Notes: generated from the sequence alone by a model not told the origin. A stretch of 64,000 nt of DNA from Alphaproteobacteria bacterium (GCA_031399165.1 JANNOO010000033.1:5830-69829); one strand, 5' to 3'; positions 8,403 to 17,240 are shown, numbered from the stretch's first letter. Translations and numbers: made by a program.

Positions 8403-8457
8403 CAACCTTACGCGTATGCGGTCAGTCCCAGTAAGGGATAGGATTGAGGGACTCGTC

Positions 8458-9291
8458 ATGCAGAAATCGACATTGTCAGCTGCCCTTTTGGCAGTGGGCG
8501 CTTTGGCCTGCGCGCTGCCTGCGCAAGCACAATCGTGGACCGGCCCCTATGTTGGCGGTCACATCGGCTACAGTTTTCTGTCTGAGGACGACAGCGAAAG
8601 CCTGTCGTTCGATACCAATCTGGACGGCACCTACAGCGAGAACGTCAACACAACCGGCGGGGCAAATGCGTTCTCGCCCGGTTTCTGCGGCGGAACGGCA
8701 AACGGGAATAATGCCGCCGCCGGCTGTGGCGAGGATGACAATGGCGCGTTCGAAGGCGGTGTACGCGCCGGTTACGACTGGAACTTCGGCGGGACCCTAG
8801 TTGGCGTAGTCGGCGAGTATTCGTTCTCGAACGTCGAAGATAGCGTAACTGGCTTTTCAACCACACCGGCCGCCTACACGTTCACGCGCGAACTGAAATC
8901 GATCGCTGCGCTGCGCGGACGGGTTGGGTACGAGTTCAACAATACGCTGCTTTACGCAACGGCGGGCTACGCCTGGGCCGATGTCGATCATAGCTTCAGC
9001 ACAACCAACACAGCCAACAGCTTCACGCCGCGTGGCGGCGACGACACCAACGGCTATCAGATCGGCGCCGGCGCCGAGCGCATGTTCGGCGAACGTTGGT
9101 CATTCGGCGCGGAATATCTGTTCACGTCGCTGGACGACGACGATTACACGGTTCGTGTCGGACCGGGCACGGCGCCGGTCACCAATCCGTTCCGCGTCGT
9201 GAACACCAATGGCACGGATATGCAGCGTTCGAATGACAAGTTCGAGCTTCACGCTATTCGCGCGACGGTAGCCTACCGCTTTGGACAGTGA
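8458..9291 (+). CDS. outer-membrane beta-barrel protein (Omp25/OmpA-like porin family)
   Basis: Signal peptide MQKSTLSAALLAVGALACALPAQA, alternating aromatic/Gly beta-strand pattern, and a C-terminal ...RATVAYRF-type motif. ATG at 8458 lies within ORF 8416..9291. Confidence 0.8.
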   Translation: MQKSTLSAALLAVGALACALPAQAQSWTGPYVGGHIGYSFLSEDDSESLSFDTNLDGTYSENVNTTGGANAFSPGFCGGTANGNNAAAGCGEDDNGAFEGGVRAGYDWNFGGTLVGVVGEYSFSNVEDSVTGFSTTPAAYTFTRELKSIAALRGRVGYEFNNTLLYATAGYAWADVDHSFSTTNTANSFTPRGGDDTNGYQIGAGAERMFGERWSFGAEYLFTSLDDDDYTVRVGPGTAPVTNPFRVVNTNGTDMQRSNDKFELHAIRATVAYRFGQ

Positions 9292-9311
9292 TATTTGCAG
9301 CAATACTTAGC

Positions 9312-9345
9312 AACGGGCGGCCTTCGGGCCGCCCGTTTTGTTTTT
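9312..9345 (+). terminator. intrinsic terminator after the OMP gene
   Basis: AACGGGCGGCC-TTCG-GGCCGCCCGTT followed by TTGTTTTT. The stem and tail are almost identical to the terminator at 6320. Confidence 0.8.
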
Positions 9346-9413
9346 GGGTAGTCCAAAGACGGATTTAGCGCGAAGCAGACGCAAAACGTCCGCTCCCGGC
9401 GAATGCGGACGCT

Positions 9414-10493
9414 TTAGGCGGCGAACGCGCGCTCGATCAGGTCTTGCAGCGTGCGCGCGTCCAGCGCTTCGGGATTCTTCTCGCTTGAATACGAGAAGCC
9501 TTCCGGCGCTGGAACGCCGCCGCCGATGATGTAGCGCTCGCGCAGGCTGGTGGCATCAAGCGGCAGGATCACGAAACGATCGCTCAATTCCAGCGTGGCG
9601 TGCGCATCATCGCTCGGCACCATGGTTTCGTGCAGCTTTTCGCCGGGCCGGATGCCGATGATCTTGTGCGGAAGGTGCGGCGCAACGAGGCGCGCGAGGT
9701 CAATCGTGCGGATCGAGGCGATCTTGGGCACAAACACTTCCGCGCCTTCCATCATCGCCAGGCTGGACAGGACAAAATCGACGCCCTGATCGAGTGTGAT
9801 CCAAAACCGCGTCATCCGGTCGTCGGTGATCGGCAGATGGCTGGCGCCATCGGCCGCCAATTTGCGGAAGTAAGGCACGACGGAGCCGCGTGAACCGACG
9901 ACATTGCCGTAGCGCACGACCGAGAACTTTGCGCCGCCCTCGCCTGAGAGGTTATTCGCCGCGACGAATATCTTGTCCGACGCCAGTTTCGAGGCGCCGT
10001 AGAGATTAATCGGGTTGGCGGCCTTATCGGTCGACAGCGCCACGACCTTCTGCACGCCGCGCTTGATTGCCGCCGTGGCCACGTTCTGGGCGCCGACCAC
10101 ATTGGTCTGGATACACTCGAACGGGTTATACTCGGCGATCGGCACGTGCTTCAGCGCCGCGGCGTGGATGACGTAATCGACATCGCGCATCGCCATTTCA
10201 AGGCGGGCGGCGTCTCGCACATCGCCGATAAAATAGCGCATGAACGGATATTTGGCCGTCGGGAAGGTCTGGGCCATTTCGTATTGCTTCAGCTCATCGC
10301 GCGAAAACACGATCAGGCGCCTGGGCGCGAACTGCTCGGCTGCACGCCGCACGAAATGCTGGCCGAATGAGCCGGTGCCGCCGGTGATCATCACGGTCTT
10401 GCCGTTCAAATCGGCGTAAGGGGCGCGAAAGGAACGTGAACGCAGACGCCGCTCAAGCTCATCAATAGGTGTGGCGGCCGGACGTTCTGGCAT
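9414..10493 (-). CDS. pseB: UDP-N-acetylglucosamine 4,6-dehydratase (inverting), PseB/FlmA-like
   Basis: 359 aa. KTVMITGGTGSFGQHFV Rossmann motif, the extended SDR pattern (STDKAANPINLYGASK) and the conserved FSRDELKQ segment of PseB/CapD-type enzymes. Confidence 0.9.
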   Translation of the reverse strand: MPERPAATPIDELERRLRSRSFRAPYADLNGKTVMITGGTGSFGQHFVRRAAEQFAPRRLIVFSRDELKQYEMAQTFPTAKYPFMRYFIGDVRDAARLEMAMRDVDYVIHAAALKHVPIAEYNPFECIQTNVVGAQNVATAAIKRGVQKVVALSTDKAANPINLYGASKLASDKIFVAANNLSGEGGAKFSVVRYGNVVGSRGSVVPYFRKLAADGASHLPITDDRMTRFWITLDQGVDFVLSSLAMMEGAEVFVPKIASIRTIDLARLVAPHLPHKIIGIRPGEKLHETMVPSDDAHATLELSDRFVILPLDATSLRERYIIGGGVPAPEGFSYSSEKNPEALDARTLQDLIERAFAA

Positions 10494-10547
10494 GCACTCT
10501 CTCCGGCGCGGTATCGTTGGCCGATTTGGTTAATTGGAGGTCAAGAC

Positions 10548-11636
10548 TTGAGCCAAGCGCTTGACCAGCCCGGCGCGCTGCGCCAAGCGCCAGGCGTGAA
10601 CACGCTCCCGCCCCTCCTGCTGCGCGCCGACGCTGGCGGCGACCTGGGGTCTGGGCATGTGATGCGCCTCGTGGCCCTCGGCGAAGCGTGGGTCGATGCG
10701 GGTGGCGCATGTGTGCTTGCCACGGCCTCGCTCCCACAGGCGCTTATCGCACGGCTGGGCGACAATCGTGGTTTCGTCCTCCACACGATCGAGGCGCCCG
10801 CATGGAGCGGCGCGGACGCTGCGGCGCTGACCGCCGTGGCGCGCAAGTTTTCGACCCGGTTGGCGGTGGTCGATTCCTACTTGTTCGACGCGCCTTATCT
10901 GGCGGCGCTAAAGGCGGCGGGTTTGCATGTCGTGGCGGTCGATGATTTGGCCCGCCTGCCGGCCTATCCGTGCGATGTGCTGGTTAATCCAAACCTCTCG
11001 GGAGAGGCCGCGCGATACGAAGGCAAGGCCGGGGACGCGCGCCTGTTGCTCGGCCCGCGCCACGTGATGCTGCGGCGGGAATTCGCCATACATCGCTCAA
11101 GCGTACGCTCCATCGCGCCGATCGCCAGACGATTGCTAGTGACGTTCGGCGGCGTCGATCCCAAGAATGGCGGCGCGCTTGCTTTGGAGGCGCTCTCGGC
11201 CCTGCCTGAACTCTCCGTTGAGTTTGTCATCGGCGCCGCCAACGCGCGCGGCGACGAACTGGCGGCGAAAGCGCGCGCGTTAACCAATGTGCAAATCTTC
11301 CGCGACACGCGGGACATGGCCACGCGCATGATGGCCTGCGAGATGATGCTTTCGGCGGGCGGCACGACGGTATGGGAAGGCGCGGCGCTTGGCGCCCCGA
11401 TGATGCTGGCCGCCGCAGCGCCGGAAGAAGCCGAAGCCGCCGCGCGCCTCGCCAAGGGCGGCCTGTGCCAATTTCTCGGCGGCATCGAAACGCTTACGCC
11501 AACCTCTATCGCGCGGGCGATCAACGATTTCGCTCACGACATGGCCGCCCGGGCGCGATCGAGCGTGCTGGGCCGCGAACTGGTTGATGGTTACGGCGCC
11601 GAGCGCGTGATCGAGGCGATCCGCGCCGCGCTTTGA
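10548..11636 (+). CDS. pseG: UDP-2,4-diacetamido-2,4,6-trideoxy-beta-L-altropyranose hydrolase, PseG-like (GT-B fold)
   Basis: LLLRADAGGDLGSGHVMRLVALGEAW is the PseG N-terminal signature, with a GT28-like C-terminal half. The start is uncertain: TTG at 10548 or in-frame GTG at 10596. Confidence 0.75.
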   Translation: MSQALDQPGALRQAPGVNTLPPLLLRADAGGDLGSGHVMRLVALGEAWVDAGGACVLATASLPQALIARLGDNRGFVLHTIEAPAWSGADAAALTAVARKFSTRLAVVDSYLFDAPYLAALKAAGLHVVAVDDLARLPAYPCDVLVNPNLSGEAARYEGKAGDARLLLGPRHVMLRREFAIHRSSVRSIAPIARRLLVTFGGVDPKNGGALALEALSALPELSVEFVIGAANARGDELAAKARALTNVQIFRDTRDMATRMMACEMMLSAGGTTVWEGAALGAPMMLAAAAPEEAEAAARLAKGGLCQFLGGIETLTPTSIARAINDFAHDMAARARSSVLGRELVDGYGAERVIEAIRAAL

Positions 11637-11677
11637 GTTTTTCGCTTTGAACAAAGGTTAATGAGCACGGCGATTGC

Positions 11678-12775
11678 TTGGCAGTACCTGTCATGGTCCA
11701 AACCGCGCCCGCTCTGATACACAATGTGCAAGCATTGCGCGCAATCGCGGCGATGTTCGCCGTGCTCGCACATCTGCAAGGATATCTGGCGGAGATCTTC
11801 GGATTGACCGTGCCATTTGGGGGCGTCGATCTGTTCTTCGTCATCAGCGGCTACATCATGGCCTACACGACAACGGACCGGGTCACGCCGCGTGTATTCA
11901 TGATCCGGCGCATCTCCCGCATCGTGCCGCTTTACTGGGTGGCCACGCTCGGCGTGTTTTCGCTCGCGCTGATCGCGCCGAGCGTCGTCAAATCGACGAA
12001 CGCCGATTTCGGCGAACTCATCCAATCGCTGCTGTTCATTCCGTTCGCCAAGACCAATGGCATCGTCCAGCCCACGCTATTCGTTGGCTGGACGCTGAAC
12101 TATGAGATGATGTTCTACATCATCTTCGCCGGCGCGTTGCTGCTGCGCTCGGAGAACACGCGCTTTATCGTGGTTTCCCTAGTGCTTATCGGCCTGGTGG
12201 CGATCGGGCAGATATTCGAGCCAAAGAGCGTGTTGGCCGACTTTTACACGTCGAGCATTGTGCTGAACTTCCTGCTCGGCATGGTGGTCGCGCGCGTGAT
12301 GCCAATGATGCCGCGCACGGCCCCTCGCGGTCTGCTGCCGGTCGTGCTTGTGCTGGGTGCGCTGGCGCTGGCTGGAGCCACGCTGATACCGCTATTTCGT
12401 CCCGATATGCCGTCCGTCATCACCTGCGGCGCGCCGTCGGCTTTGCTGGTTGGCCTTGCCGTCCTGGCCGAACGCTGGGGCTGGCGCATCACCTCGCCGA
12501 CATTCGTGCTGCTGGGCGACGCGACCTATTCGATCTACCTCACACATCCGTTCATCGCGGAGGCAGTTCAGAAAATCACCGAGCCCTTGCACGCCGGGCC
12601 TATTGGCGCGTTCGGCTTCCTGATCGTGGCGATGGTGATTTCCGCGCTGGTGGGCATCGTGGTTTACAAGATGGTCGAAGTTCCACTCTGCGGCTGGGCC
12701 AAGCGCCTGCTGTCCGCGCAGCGCTCCAAAAAGGCGGCCGCCGCGCCGGAAGAGCGGTCACGCCGCGCCGCCTAA
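11678..12775 (+). CDS. acyltransferase family 3 integral membrane protein (O-acyl/acetyltransferase)
   Basis: 365 aa and polytopic. N-terminal LRAIAAMFAVLAHL and FFVISGYIM motifs are typical of Acyl_transf_3. Alternative ATG at 11693. Confidence 0.8.
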   Translation: MAVPVMVQTAPALIHNVQALRAIAAMFAVLAHLQGYLAEIFGLTVPFGGVDLFFVISGYIMAYTTTDRVTPRVFMIRRISRIVPLYWVATLGVFSLALIAPSVVKSTNADFGELIQSLLFIPFAKTNGIVQPTLFVGWTLNYEMMFYIIFAGALLLRSENTRFIVVSLVLIGLVAIGQIFEPKSVLADFYTSSIVLNFLLGMVVARVMPMMPRTAPRGLLPVVLVLGALALAGATLIPLFRPDMPSVITCGAPSALLVGLAVLAERWGWRITSPTFVLLGDATYSIYLTHPFIAEAVQKITEPLHAGPIGAFGFLIVAMVISALVGIVVYKMVEVPLCGWAKRLLSAQRSKKAAAAPEERSRRAA

Positions 12776-13233
12776 CGCGAAGCCCTGTCCAGCGTCGCGC
12801 ATTCAACATCACGCTCGCGGCTGCCGCCGGTGACGTTCACGCGGATATCCGTGCCTGACATATCGGTAGAGAACGCCGCCGAGAAATTCTGGCTATCCTT
12901 GCGGATGCCGCCAACCCATTTGTACTGCCCGCGCGCATTGATCCGGCGCGACACCAGATCGACATCGCATGCGCTGACTTCGGCGGCGCGATCCTTCGTG
13001 AAGCGGTAGCATTCATCGATCGCCCGGCGGCCGTAATTGTTCAGCGCAGCCCGCACCACTTCCTTCTCGCCATCAGTGCAGGCGCGGAAGGTTTCTTCCT
13101 TCGGCGCGGGCGCCACGGAAGCCGGCTGCTCCTTTTGCGGCAGGAACGGCAGCGAGGCGCCTACGACACCCAGCCCGGCGGCGACTACGCCAGATACGGC
13201 CATGAAGGCGTTGAGTTTCGGTCCGCCGCTCAT
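12772..13233 (-). CDS. hypothetical membrane-anchored/exported protein with four Cys
   Basis: 153 aa. It has an N-terminal hydrophobic anchor (AFMAVSGVVAAGLGVVGA) and no recognised domain. It lies 80 nt downstream of flaF on the same strand. Confidence 0.5.
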   Translation of the reverse strand: MSGGPKLNAFMAVSGVVAAGLGVVGASLPFLPQKEQPASVAPAPKEETFRACTDGEKEVVRAALNNYGRRAIDECYRFTKDRAAEVSACDVDLVSRRINARGQYKWVGGIRKDSQNFSAAFSTDMSGTDIRVNVTGGSRERDVECATLDRASR

Positions 13234-13313
13234 ATACGATTCTCGTTCCGGGCACGCCTTTAGGCGCTCGATGTGGCGGTATTACGCCAGCCGGCGGCGC
13301 CGACCAAGCGGGG

Positions 13314-13697
13314 TCAACCGGCCGCGGCGTCCGGGGCGGCTATTTGCGGCGCCAAGCCCTGCATGATCGAACGATTCACGTCGATCAGCGAGTCGAGGTC
13401 CTCCCCCGCCTGCATTACCGAACTGGAATGGCGCGAGACCCACATGGCGAGCGAGATGATCTGTGCGCGCACTTTTTCGGGCAGCGCGTTCTGAGGATCG
13501 GCGCAGTCCTGCGCCAGGGCGGTCCACAGCCGCCGGTTTTTGTCCAGCGCCTCGGCCAAACCTGGAAGCGAGGCGCGCCCGTGCTGCTTGGCCCTGAGCA
13601 GGCCGGCTGTCACCTGGGCAAACACACGGTATTCGGCCTCGCGCGGGCTTTCAGCCTGCGCGCTCGCGCGTTGATAGGCCTGGATCGACATCCCCAA
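13314..13697 (-). CDS. flaF: flagellar biosynthesis regulator FlaF
   Basis: MSIQAYQRASAQAESPREAEYRVFAQVT is the FlaF family N-terminus. It is adjacent to and overlaps flbT. Confidence 0.85.
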   Translation of the reverse strand: MGMSIQAYQRASAQAESPREAEYRVFAQVTAGLLRAKQHGRASLPGLAEALDKNRRLWTALAQDCADPQNALPEKVRAQIISLAMWVSRHSSSVMQAGEDLDSLIDVNRSIMQGLAPQIAAPDAAAG

Positions 13698-14085
13698 CGT
13701 TTCCTAACCGCTCATCTTCGTAAGCGATTATTCGCCGACAACGCATCAACGCCCGGTAAAAATCTCCGGCCATTACGTCTCTAGATACAGAAACACATTC
13801 GGCGAGGATTTCTGGGTTGCGAACGGCGCCCATGAATTCAGCCAAACGGCGGGCGAATTCGCCGAAAACGTCTTCGTTATCAGTCTGGTCCAGATACATC
13901 AGCATGACGGGGAAATAGATGCGCCGGGCCGGGCTGCTAGCGTCTTCCGGCTGCATGATATCCTTTTCGCGCAGCACCGACGCCTTATTTTGCAGGATCA
14001 GCGCGCTGCGGCGGTCCCCGTTCTGGACTACCGCACCGTTCACGACGAACCGTTCACCGGGACGCAAAGACAATTTTAACGGCAT
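13651..14085 (-). CDS. flbT: flagellin translational repressor FlbT
   Basis: MPLKLSLRPGERFVVNGAVVQNGDRRSALILQNKASVLREKDIM is the FlbT family N-terminus. Confidence 0.9.
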   Translation of the reverse strand: MPLKLSLRPGERFVVNGAVVQNGDRRSALILQNKASVLREKDIMQPEDASSPARRIYFPVMLMYLDQTDNEDVFGEFARRLAEFMGAVRNPEILAECVSVSRDVMAGDFYRALMRCRRIIAYEDERLGNVGDVDPGLSTRERAG

Positions 14086-14218
14086 TGGCCGCTCCCGCCC
14101 ATTCTGGACCGCTTGCGGTAAGGGCTAAGGATTCGAAGGGTCCGTAAAGCAAAGCCAAGGGGCGCCGGCCGCGCTTCTGTGGGCGATTCGCCTATTGCGC
14201 CGATTTATATGGCCGGCG

Positions 14219-15361
14219 TCAGGCCTTTGGCGCCTCCGCCTTGCGCATATCTTCCAGGACGTTCTTTAGCTGACCGAGCGCCTGCTCATCACCAGCTTCC
14301 AGCGGATGGCGCTTTTTAAGCCGCTCGAACGCGTCTACCGACAACATGAGCTGTTCCTTGGCGTCAGGCCCCTGCAGCGTGGCCAGCTTGTAATGGCCTA
14401 CGGCCACATCGCGCAGGCGCTCCAGATCATTCGGAGCGGCGGCGGCCAGCTTCTTTACCAAGGCCAACGACTCGCTGAGCGCCTTTCGGGCGCCAACGCC
14501 ATCCTCGAGCTGTAAGCAGACAATGCCGAGTTCGTCGAGCGCGACCGCCTGCTCCCGCTCGCCCTGAGCCGCCGCGACCGCGGACTTGGCCGCGTCATAC
14601 GCCTGCTGCGGCTGGCCAGTGCCGGAATAAAGGCGGCGCAACATCACGAGCGTGACGAAGTCGCGGGGATCAGCGACGCGCGCCTTTTCCAGCGCCTCCA
14701 TCGCCGAAGGCAGATCGCGCAGGCATTCCAGCACCGCCAGATTGCGCCATGCGCCTTCACGCCCACCATTTTCCTGCGCCTGCCGGCGCAGATCTGCGCG
14801 AGCGCCGTCGAAATCTCCGGACGCGATCTTGCGCCGCGCTGCGCTCAGCGCCGGGGCTTCCGAGGCAATCAGGGTTTCAGCCAGCAGCACAAACGAACGC
14901 ATGGGCGGCTCTGTGGCAAACTTCACGCCCGCCGCGACGGCCTTGTCGCGCTCGCCCGTAAGCAGCGCGGCCAGACGCTCCGAATCCTGCTTGGCGCGTG
15001 CGACGCCGGTTTCAGTGTCGCGCTGGATTTTCTGTACGGGATCTGGCGTGCGTTGCGGCGCGGGACGCGATGGCGGCTCCTTGGCGACGGCGCGCGCAGG
15101 CGGCGCCTTGGCTTCCTTAGGCGCACGCTCCTTCTTTGGCTTGAACAAAGCGCCAATCATGCCGAACAGCATAAACACTAGGACAAGCGCTATGGCGCCC
15201 GCACCGCCGACAAGCGCGATGTCCGGCGCTGTGCTGACAGCCGCCGCAGCCTGCGGACTGGCCTGTTCGATATAGCCGCGCAACAGCGCGGCGATTGGTG
15301 CAATTTGTTCCATGCCGATCTCCCGTGCCGTTCCTAGCACGGGTCGCGGGGCTGTGAACAT
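14219..15361 (-). CDS. membrane-anchored TPR-like repeat protein, function unknown
   Basis: One TM helix (IALVLVFMLFGMIGALF), a Pro/Lys/Ala-rich linker, then Ala/Leu-rich helical repeats. An alternative start at 15313 (MEQIAPIA) is possible. It lies 4 nt downstream of 15365..16618. Confidence 0.6.
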   Translation of the reverse strand: MFTAPRPVLGTAREIGMEQIAPIAALLRGYIEQASPQAAAAVSTAPDIALVGGAGAIALVLVFMLFGMIGALFKPKKERAPKEAKAPPARAVAKEPPSRPAPQRTPDPVQKIQRDTETGVARAKQDSERLAALLTGERDKAVAAGVKFATEPPMRSFVLLAETLIASEAPALSAARRKIASGDFDGARADLRRQAQENGGREGAWRNLAVLECLRDLPSAMEALEKARVADPRDFVTLVMLRRLYSGTGQPQQAYDAAKSAVAAAQGEREQAVALDELGIVCLQLEDGVGARKALSESLALVKKLAAAAPNDLERLRDVAVGHYKLATLQGPDAKEQLMLSVDAFERLKKRHPLEAGDEQALGQLKNVLEDMRKAEAPKA

Positions 15362-15364
15362 CAG

Positions 15365-16618
15365 CTAGCTGGGTTCCGGCTGATCGGAAAACCGCGGCGC
15401 CGTCCGGTCGTCTGAAAGGCCGACATCTGACGCAGCAATGCCGGTGCGGGCCTTCCAGAGCTTGCGCCAATTCTGCGGCCAGGAGTGTGAGGCGGCCATG
15501 GCGCCGGCGAGTTCATCCTTGGCGTCGATCAGAAACATGGTATCGCGCGCCATGCGGTCTTCGGGCCGCGCCTTTGCCCGCACCGCGTCAGCCACCACGA
15601 ACCGCGCACGGGCGTTGGAAAACGCTTCCGGCGTCAGGCAAAAGCGGGCTTTGCGCAGCGCTGCGTCCACCGCGTCAAAACGCGGGGCGCCCCAGCCCAT
15701 ATGAATCGAACGATCGAGGAAGAACGCGAAATCGATTTCCGTGGGCTCCAGTCCAGCTTCACGCCAGGAGCGCTCCAGGCGCTCGACCACGTAGCGGAAC
15801 CAGGCGCTATCGCCCCAAGCGGCCTCGTCGTACGCCGCCTGTGTCTCTGGCAGCGCGCCCAATTGCGCGAACGCCGCGCTCCACGCCGCCCTCTGCCCCG
15901 GCTTGGCGCACACACTTTCGACAAGCGCACGCGCCGCGGGATATTTGTGCTTGCTGGCGATTCCGAGCTCTTTCGCGGTCTTCAACGTGAAGAGTTTTTC
16001 CGCGTCTTCAGCGCCGTTTGCCGCGAACACAGAGAGCACGGTATCGCGGTCAAGCCGATAGAGTACGCCGAGTAATTCTCCGCCCCAACCGAGCGTTTTG
16101 CCGTACGGCCCCCACGTCAGCACCGAACCCTGATCGCCGGTGAACTTTACGCAGACGTTCCACTCGACGCGGTCGTAATCGCCGCCCTCCATTGTGCGCG
16201 CCAGCGTCTGGGCGCGTTCGAGCGCACCGGGCGGCTTTTCGCCCGTAACCGCCTGCCAAGCCTCGACCGTCATATGGCCGTCGATTTCTATCGCAGCGCC
16301 GCGGCACGCGGCCACCGCGCGCATCGCCTCGGCGGTGGCGCGCGTGTAGCGGCCATCGAGCGTGACAGGCGTGACGCCGCATTTTTCCGCGCGCTGATCG
16401 ATCGCCGCCTGGAGACGACCGATTGGCCCCCATTTCGAGTCTTGGATCGTCACGCGTGCGCCGGGCTCGGCATAACGGATTAGGATCGCATCGGCCGAGG
16501 GGTCGCCCCCGCCCGCGCGCGCGGAAGGGCCGGCCAGCGCGAACGCCAGCGCCGCAGCGCCGGAGACCGACGCCGCAGATATCCCGAACCGGGTGAGAAC
16601 CCTTATAAATCCACGCAT
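15365..16618 (-). CDS. secreted protein with a possible PG-binding-like segment and a lysozyme/chitosanase(GH46)-like core (weak)
   Basis: Signal peptide ...ALAFALAGPSARA. The segment TMEGGDYD...FTGDQGSVLTWGPYGKT and the later ..AAYDEAAW...FFLDRSIHMGWG resemble the E...D-x-G...T-x-G layout of GH46/lysozyme-fold enzymes. This is pattern recognition only. Confidence 0.5.
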   Translation of the reverse strand: MRGFIRVLTRFGISAASVSGAAALAFALAGPSARAGGGDPSADAILIRYAEPGARVTIQDSKWGPIGRLQAAIDQRAEKCGVTPVTLDGRYTRATAEAMRAVAACRGAAIEIDGHMTVEAWQAVTGEKPPGALERAQTLARTMEGGDYDRVEWNVCVKFTGDQGSVLTWGPYGKTLGWGGELLGVLYRLDRDTVLSVFAANGAEDAEKLFTLKTAKELGIASKHKYPAARALVESVCAKPGQRAAWSAAFAQLGALPETQAAYDEAAWGDSAWFRYVVERLERSWREAGLEPTEIDFAFFLDRSIHMGWGAPRFDAVDAALRKARFCLTPEAFSNARARFVVADAVRAKARPEDRMARDTMFLIDAKDELAGAMAASHSWPQNWRKLWKARTGIAASDVGLSDDRTAPRFSDQPEPS

Positions 16619-16706
16619 AAGATCTGACTACCGGCGCGGCTGCGCCGCGCCTTGCCATAAGATGCCTGCAAGAAGCTCGCCGGCAAGCGCGAGGCTCAGC
16701 TTTCCG

Positions 16707-17234
16707 TTAACCGTCCTGCGCGGTCCAACGCAGGGCTTGGGTATTGTAGCCTCGGCTCTGCAAGCGCCCGATCAGGTCATCCTTCACCGCGGCGTCCAGC
16801 TTCGGCGCCCGCGCGAGTATCCATAGGAACCGTCCCGAGGGCTCGCCCACGAGCGACCACGAATAATCATCGGCGCGGTCCAGCACCCAGTAATCGCCCT
16901 CAAACGGGCCAAAGAAAGAAACCTTCAGCTTCGCGTTGTTCGGCGGATCGACGACCCGCGCGACACCCTTGGCGATCTTCTCCTTCCCTGCCGGATCGCC
17001 CTCGCGACAGGTGTTGAGCACCGTAATCTTGCCGTCGGGCCGCTTGGCGTATTCCGCCGTCACGCCCTCGCACCCTTTTTCGAACCAGTTTTCGTACCGG
17101 GCTATCTCGTACCAGCGTCCGATATAGCGATCGACCTCCACCGCCTTCACGGACAGCGGCGGTTCGGCGCTACGGTTGACGGGCGGCGACGCGCAGGCAG
17201 TAAGAGCCAGCGCGGCAAAGATGGCTTTCCTCAT
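16707..17234 (-). CDS. blc: bacterial lipocalin (outer-membrane lipoprotein Blc)
   Basis: Lipobox-like ALALTAC, then VDRYIGRWYEIARYENWFEKGC and the DYWVLD..DYSW motifs of Blc. Confidence 0.85.
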   Translation of the reverse strand: MRKAIFAALALTACASPPVNRSAEPPLSVKAVEVDRYIGRWYEIARYENWFEKGCEGVTAEYAKRPDGKITVLNTCREGDPAGKEKIAKGVARVVDPPNNAKLKVSFFGPFEGDYWVLDRADDYSWSLVGEPSGRFLWILARAPKLDAAVKDDLIGRLQSRGYNTQALRWTAQDG

Positions 17235-17240
17235 GGCTGC

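Noticed and set aside
7242-8441. Long ORFs antisense to, or out of frame with, well-supported genes. Examples: 7242..8441 opposite the helicase, 20811..22118 opposite the RyR-domain gene, 23042..24235 opposite the ABC exporter, 30440..31783 and 32060..33082 opposite the MoxR operon, 47951..48982 opposite the MFS gene, 53201..54253 opposite the MurC-like gene.
   Set aside because: They are typical high-G+C shadow ORFs. Their translations are Arg/Ala/Gly/Pro-rich and low in complexity with no motifs. Each is fully overlapped by a gene with clear family signatures on the other strand or frame.
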